A stretch of DNA of 64,000 nucleotides from the NCBI GenBank assembly GCA_964016885.1, contig OZ024740.1, forward strand, positions 216,814,001-216,878,000, given 5' to 3'. The stretch is from Eledone cirrhosa. Its lineage: Eukaryota. Numbering within the stretch: position 1 is the stretch's first letter; each line of letters begins with the position of its first letter. The notes beneath the pieces are model-generated. The model was not told where the DNA came from. It ran no database searches and saw only the letters and a program-made list of their open reading frames with translations. Both the position numbers and the translations under genes were made by a program. Shown here one piece after another: positions 28,466 through 40,846 of this stretch.

Positions 28466-28640
28466 AATTGTTTCTACTTTTTGGCACAAGGCCAGCAATT
28501 TCCCAGTACATTACTGGTACTTTATTTTATCGACCCCATAAGGATGAAAGGCAAAATTAACCTCGACGGGATTTGAACTCAGACCGTAAAGGGACGTAAC
28601 TATGCTGGAAAGCATGGCATCCGACCCTCTACCGATACTG
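28466..28640 (-). mobile_element. SINE family C with target-site duplication
   Basis: Flanked by tgagatataat on both sides; inserted in the first unit of a ~80-bp tandem duplication (28432-28776). Confidence 0.8.
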
Positions 28641-29694
28641 AGATATAATGTAACCTCCTCAGTACCGGAGTACCAAACTGATGGGTTTAAAGTGGAGAGT
28701 GTAGCGGAATACTGGACTGGGGAGATATAATGTAACCTCTTCAGTACTGGAATACTAGGCTGATGGGCTTAAAGTGTTAATCATTTCTTCCTAATGTTTT
28801 TTTCATCCATTGTAGTAGTATAGTTGCCATTTAAAAAAGAACACACATCTTTTACTAAATATCTTTACCTCTTTCACTTGTTTTTCAAAACTTAATGAGA
28901 TGAATTTCCTGTTCCAAACTGTTCCAAAATAAAATTTTTACAGTGACTGAACAATTCACAGAGAACTACTAATGGTAACAATATCTTCTACATTACTAAC
29001 TTAATCTTGTATGTTTCCATCAACGCTAGAACTTCATTAATCCACTGTTTAATTGTCTTTAGGGCTTCAGTTTCTAAATATATACATAACATTGATTAAC
29101 CTTCATCTCAGAAATTTTATTTCTACCTTAGAATTTAACAAAGTTTTCCACAATTCTGTCCCTTCTAACAAAAAACAAAAACAATAAAAAAATAAAAAAA
29201 AAAGGAAAAAAAGGAATTTCCTATTCTTTCCTTTATCCCTTCCACTTTGATATTTCTAATCATTTTAAAACAATCAAGAATTTGAAGGGGTTTCATAAAA
29301 TATACAGCTTTTATTAAATATACAACAATATCAAATATACACAACGTTTATGAAGCTCATGTTCAGAACATACCAAAACAGATTCTTACATAAAATTATG
29401 GAAGGTTTTTATATAAACACTTTAAAATAAATATCTTAGAAGCTATAGATGGTTTGGTATTAAAAAGGTTAATATTAATCTACAAATTATTGACATTTCA
29501 GCAACAAATAGCGATGTATCAGTGAAAATTAGATGTTTATACTTGTGAGATATATCTTAATATATTGGTCACCTCCCATTACTACTATCTTTTGTATTTC
29601 TTCTATATGTGGGTTTCCTGAAATTTAGGATTAGTAATCATTTGGCCCCTTAGGTATTATTCATAGAGCCCTTATTATTATTATTATTATTATT

Positions 29695-30130
29695 ATAAAG
29701 TACCAGTAATGCACTGGGTAATTGCTGGCCTTGTGCCAAAAGTAGAAACAATTATTATTATTATTATTATTACGTTTGAATTGGCAGTATTGGTAGAGGG
29801 TCGGATGCCATGCTTTGACACACAGAGTTACGGCCCTTGCCATTCTGAGTTCAAATCCCGCCAAGGTTAACTTTGGCTTTCATCCTTACGGGGTCGATAA
29901 AATAAAGTACCAGTAATGTACTGGGTAATTGCTGGCCTTGTGCTAATAGTAGAAATAATTATTATTATTACTTTCTGAATTCAAATCTCACTGAGGTTAG
30001 CTTTGCCTTTCATCCTTATGAGGTTGTTAAAATAAAGTACCTGTAATGCACTGGGGGTCAATTTAATCGACTTACCCCTCCCATAAAATTGTTGGCCTTG
30101 TGCCTAAATCAGAAACCATTATTATTATTA
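29695..30130 (+). mobile_element. Cluster of family C SINE copies
   Basis: Three successive copies with (ATT)n tails. Confidence 0.8.
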
Positions 30131-31313
30131 AATCATCCACATATCACAATGTATAAAATAAAAAATTTCAAGTCACAAATCAAAAATGTTGGATTTCAAT
30201 AGAAACTGTATTATCAATGTAATTTCTGTATTAACTATTTTTTAATATAAATGTTGTTATGTCCATTGACATGATTGATTTATATGTATGATAGAGATAA
30301 ATAATAATAATAATAATAATAATAGTAGTCTTTGCAACAGCAATACTACTAATAATAGCGGTTGTTACTCAGTCTATTTTTCATGTTTCAAGAAAGATGT
30401 CTTTTTAAATGAGGCAGTATTTTTAGTAATGCAGCATATTTCACTTGTAACTCACATCATGGAATAAATATCTCAAAATAAATTGTCATAATAATATTGT
30501 AATTAAAATCTATTTATTTATATTAATTTTATGTTCCATCAACATCTATAAATTCACTGGCAACAAATTTTGACAAACAAATAGCCATCCACGAAAGAAA
30601 GAATGGTTTAATGCTTCGGACTTTTGTTCAATCTTGTATCTTTAGTTAAAATATTTGTTCTTGTCTGTTCTCAGAATTTGTAAGTTTATCAAGACTTAAA
30701 TAGTGAAAATAGTAAGCAAACACAAGTTTTTTTGTTGATAGGGACTAAAATAACAATTATTGATTAATTAAAAGATGACACTATATCAATCATCATCATT
30801 GTTGTCATCGTCATCATCATATATCTGCTGTCCATGTTGTTGGATGAGTCATTATAGTAATAAGTCAGTTATTATTTGGAGTTATTGCCCTTCTGCTTAG
30901 ATCAGATGGCCACATCTCACTTGTATGTTCCATTTCTTGCATAGTTTCTACATTTGGATATCCTTCCTAACACCAACTATTTTAAAAAACATACTGGATA
31001 CATTTTATTGTGACATCAGCACTAGAGATGTCAAGATCTTGACATGACTAAAGAGTTTTTTATGCCCTAAGATGTATTCTTTCGATTATCAACCACGTTA
31101 CAGAGTATACTGGGTACATTTTATCATGTCACCCATACTAGAAGGGTTGCCTTGTCCACTGCAAGTCCTCTCCACTGGTAGAGCATAGGATCCTATGTGA
31201 AATGCAGGACCCCAGCCCATCTGAGGGATCTGTAGCCCAATTGAGTACTGACTTTGTCTGTGAAGACCTGTCTAACTGTTGCTGGCAGGGAAATTGTATA
31301 TCAAATGATAATG

Positions 31314-31354
<41 letters not shown>

Positions 31355-31409
31355 TTATTAATATATAAGAGAACAAAGAATGAGTGTTGCATCATATACA
31401 TATTTAATT

Positions 31410-31501
31410 ACATATTACATATGTTTCACTGTTGATCAGCTCAAGGAATGATCTATTAATGATCAAACCTGACTCTGGAATTGGAAGTTCCTCAGATATG
31501 T
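31410..31501 (-). ncRNA. Type I hammerhead ribozyme with 61-nt stem II domain, intact core
   Basis: Minus: acatat-CTGAGGA-act...agt-GAAA-catatg-TA|atatgt; perfect 6-bp stem I; GUA cleavage triplet. Confidence 0.75.
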
Positions 31502-31636
31502 TTCAACATATATATACATATATACAATACAGTACTTACAAAAATCATTGATATTAACTCTGCAGCCAACATCTCACCCATTTAACACATATATATATAT
31601 ATCTGTATTTTACATGCATTTCACAACTACACACAT

Positions 31637-31705
<69 letters not shown>

Positions 31706-31716
31706 CTGTTATATGA

Positions 31717-32233
31717 CAGCTGCATAAAAAAGTGCAGAGCAATGAAAATCGACGGAAGTTACGGAGTGGGTAGACCAAGAAAAACCTGGGACAAGGTGAT
31801 AAAAACTAACCTTGTTCACTTACACCTCTCTAAGACAATGTCACTGGATTGAGATCTTTGGCGCCATGCAGTTGCACAGAAGACCCACCTTCCCTTGCAT
31901 ACAAACCTACAGTTAGTAGGCACCTCTTAACCCAATACACACCCCAACCAACACACCTTACTCCATCCTCCCATTTCCGTCCACTGTGTTGATGACACAA
32001 CAAAAAGCACCCAGTCCACACTGTAAGGTAGTCGTGTAGGAGATACGATAAAAAGGCTCCCAGTTCACACTGTAAATGTGGTTGGTGTTAGGAAGGGCAT
32101 CCAGCCATAGAAAACCTGCCAGAGACACTTCCGTACAAACTAGACATGGTCTCCTGGCCAATCCCGCATCAAATGGAACAAAACCGTCTAACCCATACTA
32201 GCATGGAAGATGGATGTTAAACGATGATGATGA
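31717..32233 (+). mobile_element. RTE LINE 3' fragment plus extended 3' UTR
   Basis: Aligns with 41490-42020 (DSCIKK..GRPRKTWD region), (GAT)n tail. Confidence 0.85.
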
Positions 32234-32519
32234 TATATTTATATATATATATTTATATATATATATACACACTTATATTTATATATATATATTTATATAT
32301 ATATATATATACACACTCTTCTTATAGTGTCTCCAATCCCCAATCTCCTCTCAGAGAACATCCCACCTTCTACACTGTTCCCAAATTCATGATTATCTCT
32401 CAGTATCTCAACCTCCACCATTTCTACTCACTTCCCAATTGCCTTTCTTGTTGACATTTCACATGTTTCCTAATGGCTTCTCTTATTATTCAGACCAGCA
32501 ACTAACGATCTTATTCTTG

Positions 32520-32560
<41 letters not shown>

Positions 32561-32592
32561 ATGTGTGTATATATATATATATGTATATGTTC

Positions 32593-32623
<31 letters not shown>

Positions 32624-33076
32624 CGTGTGTGTATATATATATGTGTGTCTTTATATATAAGTATACGTGTGTATGTATATGTGTGTGTGAGTGTGTGTAT
32701 GTACATTTATTTAAATTTATATATATGTTCCACTAACTTTTGTCATATTGCCTCTCATTGAATCCCAGAAATATCAGCTTGTTAAACTGATTGACTTTCT
32801 CCTACATCGTGTATATCTATTTGAGTTATATAGAGAGATCAGAAACATTTCTTGTTACAATTAGAGAGTTGTTTACAACGATAGCAACATATAATTATGT
32901 TTTTAGCAGCAACATAGAAATCACACAGAGAAAATATAGCTTCACTTGTTATTCAGAAAACAACAGAAATTAAACCATTTCTTCTTGTATGGTCTAACTG
33001 ATGTGGTAATACCAAAACTATTCAACTATATGTATGTGTTTCTTATATGATCTAACCAATGGCACATTGCTAGGGC

Positions 33077-33597
33077 CAGGGCTGGATTTAGACCTTGTAG
33101 GGGCCACTCATGGATTAAAAATTTTGAATACACAGTAAACCCCCCAATTTTACATATAAAAGTTAGCTTGGCGCAAGTAATTGGAATTGAAAAGTTATCA
33201 TCATCGTCGATTAATCTTCTACGCTAGCATGGGTAGACGGGTTTGTCCCATTTAGAGGCAAGTTGGGTTGGGTGACCATGTCTCGCTCATATGGGAAGAG
33301 TTTCTGGTTTGTTTTCTATGGCTGGATGCCCTTCCTAATGCCAACCACATTTACAGTGTTTGTTGGGTGCTTTTTGCTGTCTTTCACATGTCCACTTTAC
33401 AGTGTGGGCTGGGTGTTTTGGGGCTGGTTTTCTACGGCTGGATGCCCTTCCTAACGCCAACCACATTTGCAGTGTGTGCTGGGTATTAAATTCAAAAATT
33501 CTAACCATCCTAAAGCCAAAAAGCACAGCTGAGGGCACAAATAAATTGCTACAGCTGTCGTTGACTCCCCTCCCTCCCCCAATTAAATCCAAGCCTG
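33077..33597. mobile_element. hAT-like MITE interrupted by a family A copy (33198-33483, minus)
   Basis: TIR CAGGGCTGGATTTA / TAAATCCAAGCCTG; imperfect 8-bp TSD gctagggc/gttagggg; uninterrupted homologue at 46538-46821. Confidence 0.7.
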
Positions 33598-34300
33598 GTT
33601 AGGGGTGCTTGGAGGTGTGGCTGCACCCAACTTCTAAAAAAATTGTTGTCAAAAATTTAGTCTTTTTATTCCGGAAAATTATTCCCTTCTGTCAAAATTA
33701 TGAATGACTGCACCCCCAGAATGATAGGTGCAATAAATATACTTATAGATCAAACTGATGTACTACCAAACTAAAACTATTCAGTTATTTGTGTTTGTAT
33801 ATGAGGAATCAGCTGAAAGGGATACCCTCCTTCACAGCATAGAGTTCCGGCCCTTTACGTTGTGAGTTAAAATCCCACCAAGGTTAGCTTTGCTTTTCAT
33901 CCTTATGGTGTTGATAAAATAAAGTACTAGTCACACACTGGGGTTGATTTAATCAACTTTACCCTCCTCCCCAAATTGCTGGCCTTGTGCTTAAATCAGA
34001 AACCATTTTTTTTTCATTTTTATTGGTCTTTTGACCACAGTCAGGAGTATCACCTTCAAAATTTACATCAATTACATTAACTCCAGTACTTTATCTATTT
34101 TATTGACTTTATAGGGAGGTAACAAAATACAATGATTAGGTTCAACGCCATGGCCAAACGTATCCAGAAATTCTTTGTAAGCTACAATGCTAGTTGGTAT
34201 CCCTAGGGTGAGCAATACTGCCTGAAGATGAAGACATTATTCTAATCTCCAGGTGACAATCACTATGGTATTAGACACTTGCTCCAGCTCTACTATTTAT

Positions 34301-34712
34301 CATCATCATCATCATCATTTAATAGCCATTTGCCACACTAGCATGAGTTAGACAGGTTGTCCCATTTGAGGCAAGTCAGGTCAGGTGACCATGTCTTGCT
34401 CATACAGAACTGTTTCTGGCTTGGTTTCTATGACTGGATGCCCTTCGTAATACCAACCACATTTACAGTGCGGATTAGGTGCTTTTTATCATGACACCCT
34501 CATGACCACTTTAGATTGCAGATTAGGTGCTTTTTGTCATGACACCTACATGATTACTTTACAGTATGGACTGGGTGCTTTTTGTCATGACACCTACAAG
34601 ACCACTTTACAGTATGGACTGGGTGCTTTTTATCATGACACCGTAATGATCACTTTACAGTCATCATCATCATCATCATTATTTAACGTCCATCTTCCAT
34701 GCTAGCATGGGT
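34301..34712 (-). mobile_element. Family A repeat with amplified ~42-bp modules
   Basis: (CAT)n tail, GGATGCCCTTC motif, then 4-5 tandem tttacag..ggtgctttttgtcatgacacc units. Confidence 0.75.
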
Positions 34713-36009
34713 GGATATTAATTAATCTTCATTAAGAACATGAAATGCAGTTTTAAGAAATAATTTATTTGTGAAATTATAGTGAAAATAGAAGATAAAC
34801 CTCAAGTACCTTTGCTGTGAAAAAAAACATCTTTTTTCTGCACAAAAGTAAGAAATATGATAATGTATGGTAAAGAATGAAAGATATATGGTGTTGTGTA
34901 TTGAAGAGAAGTAAGCTGAGTTTACTCCTTAGAATGTTAATTTATGGTGTGTGAGTACAAGTGATCTTAGAAAGCAACTGTGGGTCAGTTATGTACAAGA
35001 AAATGAAGTGTACTCATGTGGAATATGTCATAGGAAAGAACAATACATGCTTGAGGGAAGATTGCTTCTTAGTTGACTAACCAACCCATGCAAGCATGGA
35101 TGTGAAAGAATGGTGATAATAATGTTCATGATGGGGGGAAGTTTCTGTAGAAGAGATAAACCCAAGTAGACATAGGATGATAGGGGAGATGAATTTAATT
35201 CAGAAGGAACCCATAGATATAAGAAGAGATGATTTCTTATAGATGTGTCCAGGCTGTTAGGCTGAGAAAATGTATGCTGAAACAATGATTATGTATATGT
35301 CATCCACATATTTCTTTGTACATTTTTTACTGATAATGTCTGAAACTGCTAAAAACGGTACTAGTTAGTAAATGTATGGATAAAAGGAACATAAACTACT
35401 GTCTTTCTCCCTAATGGATAAAATAAATTAAGATTTGAAATATTTTAAGAAGGATCAATTACCACATAACCCTAATGTAGCTAGAAAGAATGCCGTTTTC
35501 TTTATCTCTTCCTTTTTATCAATCTATTTATCTATCTGTCTATCAATAAAATATCTATTAGCTGTCAGCATATAGTACACATATATACATCCTACTCTCA
35601 TTATAGTAAATGGAACTGGAATATAATAGAGTTTAATGCTCTCTAGAATGTAATTTCATTGATTCCAAAGTACAATATTGAACTGGAGTCATTTTATATA
35701 ATAGTTCAAGCAACTCACATTTTTACATTCTTTTTCAGTGTCGACCATCTTACTGACTGACAACTGATATACCATCAAAATTAGGCAATTTTGCAGTGTG
35801 CTCATCATGTCATATGTGGGCGTGGTGTGGTGTGGTGGTTGCAGAGTGTGTGGTTGAGTTAAGGGCTGTGGTGGAGGAATAAAATTGTAAGAATGTAAAA
35901 AAATATAAAGACTTTAAATAAAAATGCCAAAAGCACCTCCGTAGGTCAGTCAATCATTGAAACACTTGAGGAATAAATTGTGGGGCACTAAAATATGTTA
36001 CTTAGATCA

Positions 36010-36400
36010 GTATCACCATCATCATTATCATCAATATCATTATCGCCACCATTATTAGCATCATCACCACCACCACCATCATGATCATTATCCTCACCAT
36101 CATTAGCATCACCATTATCATCACCACTTCCATTGTCACCATCTCTATCACCACCATCATCACTACTATTAATACCACCACTCACATTGCCATCACAATA
36201 TTTACCATCACTACCATCATCATGACTCCCAACACCACAATAATTACCTTCATCACTACCACTACCCCCACCACAATTACCATCACTAACACCAACATCA
36301 CCACCATGACTACCATTACCATGACCACCACTGCCAGAATAATTACCACCACTATCATTACCCCCACAACAATTACCATCACCAACACCACCACCACCCT
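36010..36400. repeat. (CAT/CAC)n low-complexity tract
   Basis: Direct. Confidence 0.9.
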
Positions 36401-38800
36401 TAATACAATATATTTCTTTTTTTTATTCTCCAATGGTGGCATTGGTTATAAATTGGCCAGAAATTTTACTGTCTTACCATTCTGTGATATACCACCAACT
36501 CTCAATTCTTATATCTGCACTTAAGTCTTCTTATGGCATTTCTATTAATCTGCTGCAATGAATCTGTTAAAATCACCATATTTTCTTCTCCCCTCCCCCA
36601 CACACACACTCCATTCCTTACCCCCTCCTTCCTTCCTATCTCTCTTGCCATTGCTTCATTATTAATTATGGTCTCTGAATTCTGTCTAAAGTTGTGAATA
36701 CAATGTTTCTTTGTAGAGATGTGTGTGTGTGTATATATATATATATATGTGTGTGTGCTTATGATTATATATATGTGTGCATGTGAATGTGTGTGAAGTC
36801 CTGATATTAAGTTAAGTAAGGTTTATAGATGTTACGGCCTTTCCTACTTAGTCTTTCATTCTTTCACTTTTTATTAACCAATCTATTTTATTTTAGCTTC
36901 CCATTCAAATATGACATTTTTTTTCTATAACACCCACCCCTTACATACTCACAAATCAGGGAAGGAATGATAAATTCATATTATTCTTTCTCCATACTTA
37001 AAGATGTAGAAATCGTTGAAACAATTTAGAAACGTATTTAATGACAATTTGAAATGTGATTCTTTCATAATATTCTAAAAACTTTATACTTTTATTTTCC
37101 ATGAAGTTTTCTTATGATTTCATTCAAGTTTGATGACATCTTTTTTGTTTCATTTAGACATGTAACATTTTTAGTGTTCTTAGTACATTAGATCTATTAG
37201 ACCTAGAGTGGTCTTTCATATTATACTGTTTAGTTTTCCAAGTAGATTACATATATCTAGAGTGGTATTTCATATTGTGCAATTATTACAGAACATACAG
37301 ATACATTTTGCAATAAGTTACATGAAACTAACAACTATTGAAGAAGCTGATATAAAAAAGAAAGAAGTTTGGTTTTATAGTATGTTCATATTTATAAAAG
37401 AAAGTTACTATCAGAATGCTGATTTAACTAGATAAGTAAAAAAAAAAAAATGTGTGTTACAACTCACTGTTATGTCTTCTACTTTTGCCGATATTCAGAT
37501 AAGTTCAGCTGGATTTTACCAATAAAAAAGAAGTGTTTTGTTGGCATTTATTTGATCAATCAAAGAGATTTGAAAGACTAAGTTGAGCTAGATTAGACTT
37601 GAGACAAAAATGAATTATTCTAGAGTTGTGATTCTCAATGCAAGGTGCACACGAGAGGCAAAATTTGAATACTTTGGAAGGTGATATTGTAAATTTAAAG
37701 CTATATTATTAATTAAACTAATTTCCTGGGTAAACTATCATTAAATATGTTGTTATATCAAAGGATAGTAAACATGAAATATTTTTTAGGGTTGGTCTTG
37801 AAAGAATGGAACAGAAAAGATTAAGAATCAGTACTGGAAAGTTTAGTTTAACTACTTCTATAAAACAGTGCACATCACTTCATCTTCTTTACTTCTTTCA
37901 ATACCATATTTGGTACAAATAACATTGTCTATGATTTTCTAAACATTTTAAAAACAATCGAGAATTTGGGGGGGATTTATTAATATAACTAACTTTATCA
38001 ATATTAAGCTAGTGTTTGGAACACAACATAATGTTAGATAAATATTAACACTTTAGAATAAAGTTTTTCTATTGTAGACTCAGTGGGGGAGGGTGTTTTA
38101 TTGACTAAAGAGTTAATCCTTCCATGTTTGAAATTAGAAGTTAAGGGCCGAAACACTTTCTTGAGATGGGTTTCTTCTTTGAAGACCTTCTTCTGTCTAG
38201 CTCTCTTGGGAGTTTCTTAGCACTGTAATTTCATCAATAAGTTTGACATTTTATTACTGTGTTATATAAATAACTGATATATCATACAAGGTAATGATGG
38301 CTCTTCCATCGGTTTCAATGATAAACATTGTTTGACCAACACAATGTTCAACTTATTTATTTAAAATGTAACTGACTGAGTATTCCATACACATGTGTAC
38401 CATTAACATAATTCCTCAGCAGAGTCAGTATGATACAATATGAGACAAGGTTGGACAATCTCCATTTAACAAATATGTTATGCAATTGAATCTAACATGG
38501 GACCTAGTGATTGTGAAGCAAACTTCTTAACCATAATAATAATGATGATGATGAGGATGATAATAATAATAATTATGTTTTCTAATTTTGGCACAAAGTC
38601 AAAAATGTTTTTTTTGGGGGGTGATGAGAAAGTTGAATATACTAATCCAGTATTTTACTATTACTTTGTTATTGAACCCTGAAGGTTAAAAAGCAAAGTA
38701 TCATTTTAATATATATATTTATATATATATATAAATAAATATATATATTAAAATGATACTTTGCTTTTTAACCTTCAGGGTTCAATAACAAAGTATATAT

Positions 38801-38874
<74 letters not shown>

Positions 38875-38880
<6 letters not shown>

Positions 38881-39536
38881 TAAAATAACAGATTCAAGTT
38901 TAAGCAAAGAATAGCTGCTTTCACCCTTAACAGGATCTTCTGAAACTAAAAAAATCAATCTGGGAACGCAGAAGTAAATATTTCAAAAAACGTTGCAACG
39001 GAAGGAAAACAGAAAGATGATACTTTGGTTTGTGAAGACATTCCCTGGCAATGAACATTATATAGAGCGATGAGAACAGATACACGCAAAGACAAAACCA
39101 CGTTTATGGTATAAATGGAGTCATTAGACTAATATTCTATTTGAAAAACCGAATGATTCTCGGCTTCGGAGTTAAGAATAATGAAAATAAATTTGTTGAC
39201 ATTATTCTCAACTCCGAAGTCGAGAATCATTCGGTTTCCTAAATAGAATATAAGTCTAATGACTCCATTTATACCATAAACGTGATTTTGTCTTTGTGTG
39301 TATTTGTTCTCATCGATCCATATAACGACGTATTAACTTCACTTTTTTTCGTTCATTGCGAGGGAACGTCTTCCCGAATCAAAGTATCGTTTTCCTGTTT
39401 TCCTTTGGTTGCAACGTTTTTTGAAATATTTATTTCTGCATTCCCAGATTGATTTTTTTTTAGTTTCAGAAGATTCCATTAAAGGTGAAAGCAGTGATTC
39501 TTTACTTAAACTTTAATCTGATATTTTAATAAATAT
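38875..39536. mobile_element. Long diverged palindrome (~310-bp arms), probable PLE terminal structure
   Basis: Arms are reverse complements with scattered mismatches and a ~30-bp indel; outer end recurs at 52594-52654, again next to (TA)n. Confidence 0.65.
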
Positions 39537-39678
39537 TTGCTCTATGGTTCTTATATATTTGATTTATAATTATCCTTATCGAGCCCTCTTTGGATTTTAG
39601 TCTTCATATTTATTAGAAACTCAAAATAATCTGTTACTATTAAATAGCTCAAAGAAAGAGGTTTTTCTGAGCCATGTA

Positions 39679-39882
39679 ATATAATTGAATATAAAAGAGA
39701 AATAAACACAGATATAAACATGTGTTCAAATCGTAAGGGACCAGATTCTTGATTTATTATTTTAAATTGAGTCTGGCAAACCCTATTGTTCATAGTATTT
39801 TTTTCACCCTAATGAATATGGTCCCTTACGATTTGAACACATATATGTTTATATCTGTGTTTATCGCTCTTTTATATTCAAT

Positions 39883-39887
<5 letters not shown>
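39679..39887. repeat. Inverted repeat, ~65-bp arms (39679-39743 / 39819-39887)
   Basis: ATATAATTGAATATAAAAGAG..CGTAAGGGACCA versus its reverse complement. Confidence 0.75.
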
Positions 39888-39915
<28 letters not shown>

Positions 39916-40324
39916 TTATCTTGATGTCCATTCTATCGGTTACTTGCTTAAATGTACCATCGTTCTGTCTTCCTCCTTCCATTGGTATATTTATTTTTTT
40001 CTTTCACTCCCTCATGGCCTTTTGATAGATAAAAGGCTATAGGCACGCTACGGATAGATGTATAGTTTATAATGCGCCGAAACATCTGTGACCCGTAGTT
40101 AACTACTGATGAAGGGAGAATGTCCACCTCTTGTTTGTGTCTCCTTAACTTCTAACACCCGTTATCAGTAACCACACAGTCCCTCCTCTCATCCATATTT
40201 TTGATATATAATATATATATATACCCTAATATATTTATAAATGTGGATATATAGCCATATATACATATATACATTATCATATAGACATTCATCTGAATAA
40301 AACTGTTTCTATTTATTCTTACAG

Positions 40325-40477
40325 GAAGATGGGATGATGGAAGGAGGCAGCCATCAGGAGACAGCCATTAACTTATCTACAAGCAAAGATTTGCTGCAGT
40401 CCTGTAACGGAGACCTTTACACTATCACTCGTTCAAGTGCAGCTTTACATGCTGCTGAGAATGGTGATGCTTCTCAG
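40325..40477 (+). CDS. Phase-0 coding exon of host gene, possibly FoxP N-terminal region: EDGMMEGGSHQETAINLSTSKDLLQSCNGDLYTITRSSAALHAAENGDASQ
   Basis: Polypyrimidine tract plus ACAG acceptor, CAG|GT donor, 153 nt open, non-repetitive and more GC-rich than flanks; AINLSTS..NGD recalled from invertebrate FoxP N-termini (identity not verified). Confidence 0.65.
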
Positions 40478-40535
40478 GTCTGTTCTTTTAGCAATGCATT
40501 TAATTATCACTATTCTGCTCAAACTTTTATGTATT

Positions 40536-40600
<65 letters not shown>

Positions 40601-40761
40601 TAAAATCAAATATATAGATGGAAAAATTGACTTTTAAATCATTTTCTTCAGACCAATGATATATAAGCACATTGAGATATTTCTGAACCTACTTGCCTAT
40701 TATATACTATCATATATAATTCTCTACATACATTTGAACTTTGTATATATTTTTACCTTTG

Positions 40762-40843
<82 letters not shown>

Positions 40844-40846
<3 letters not shown>

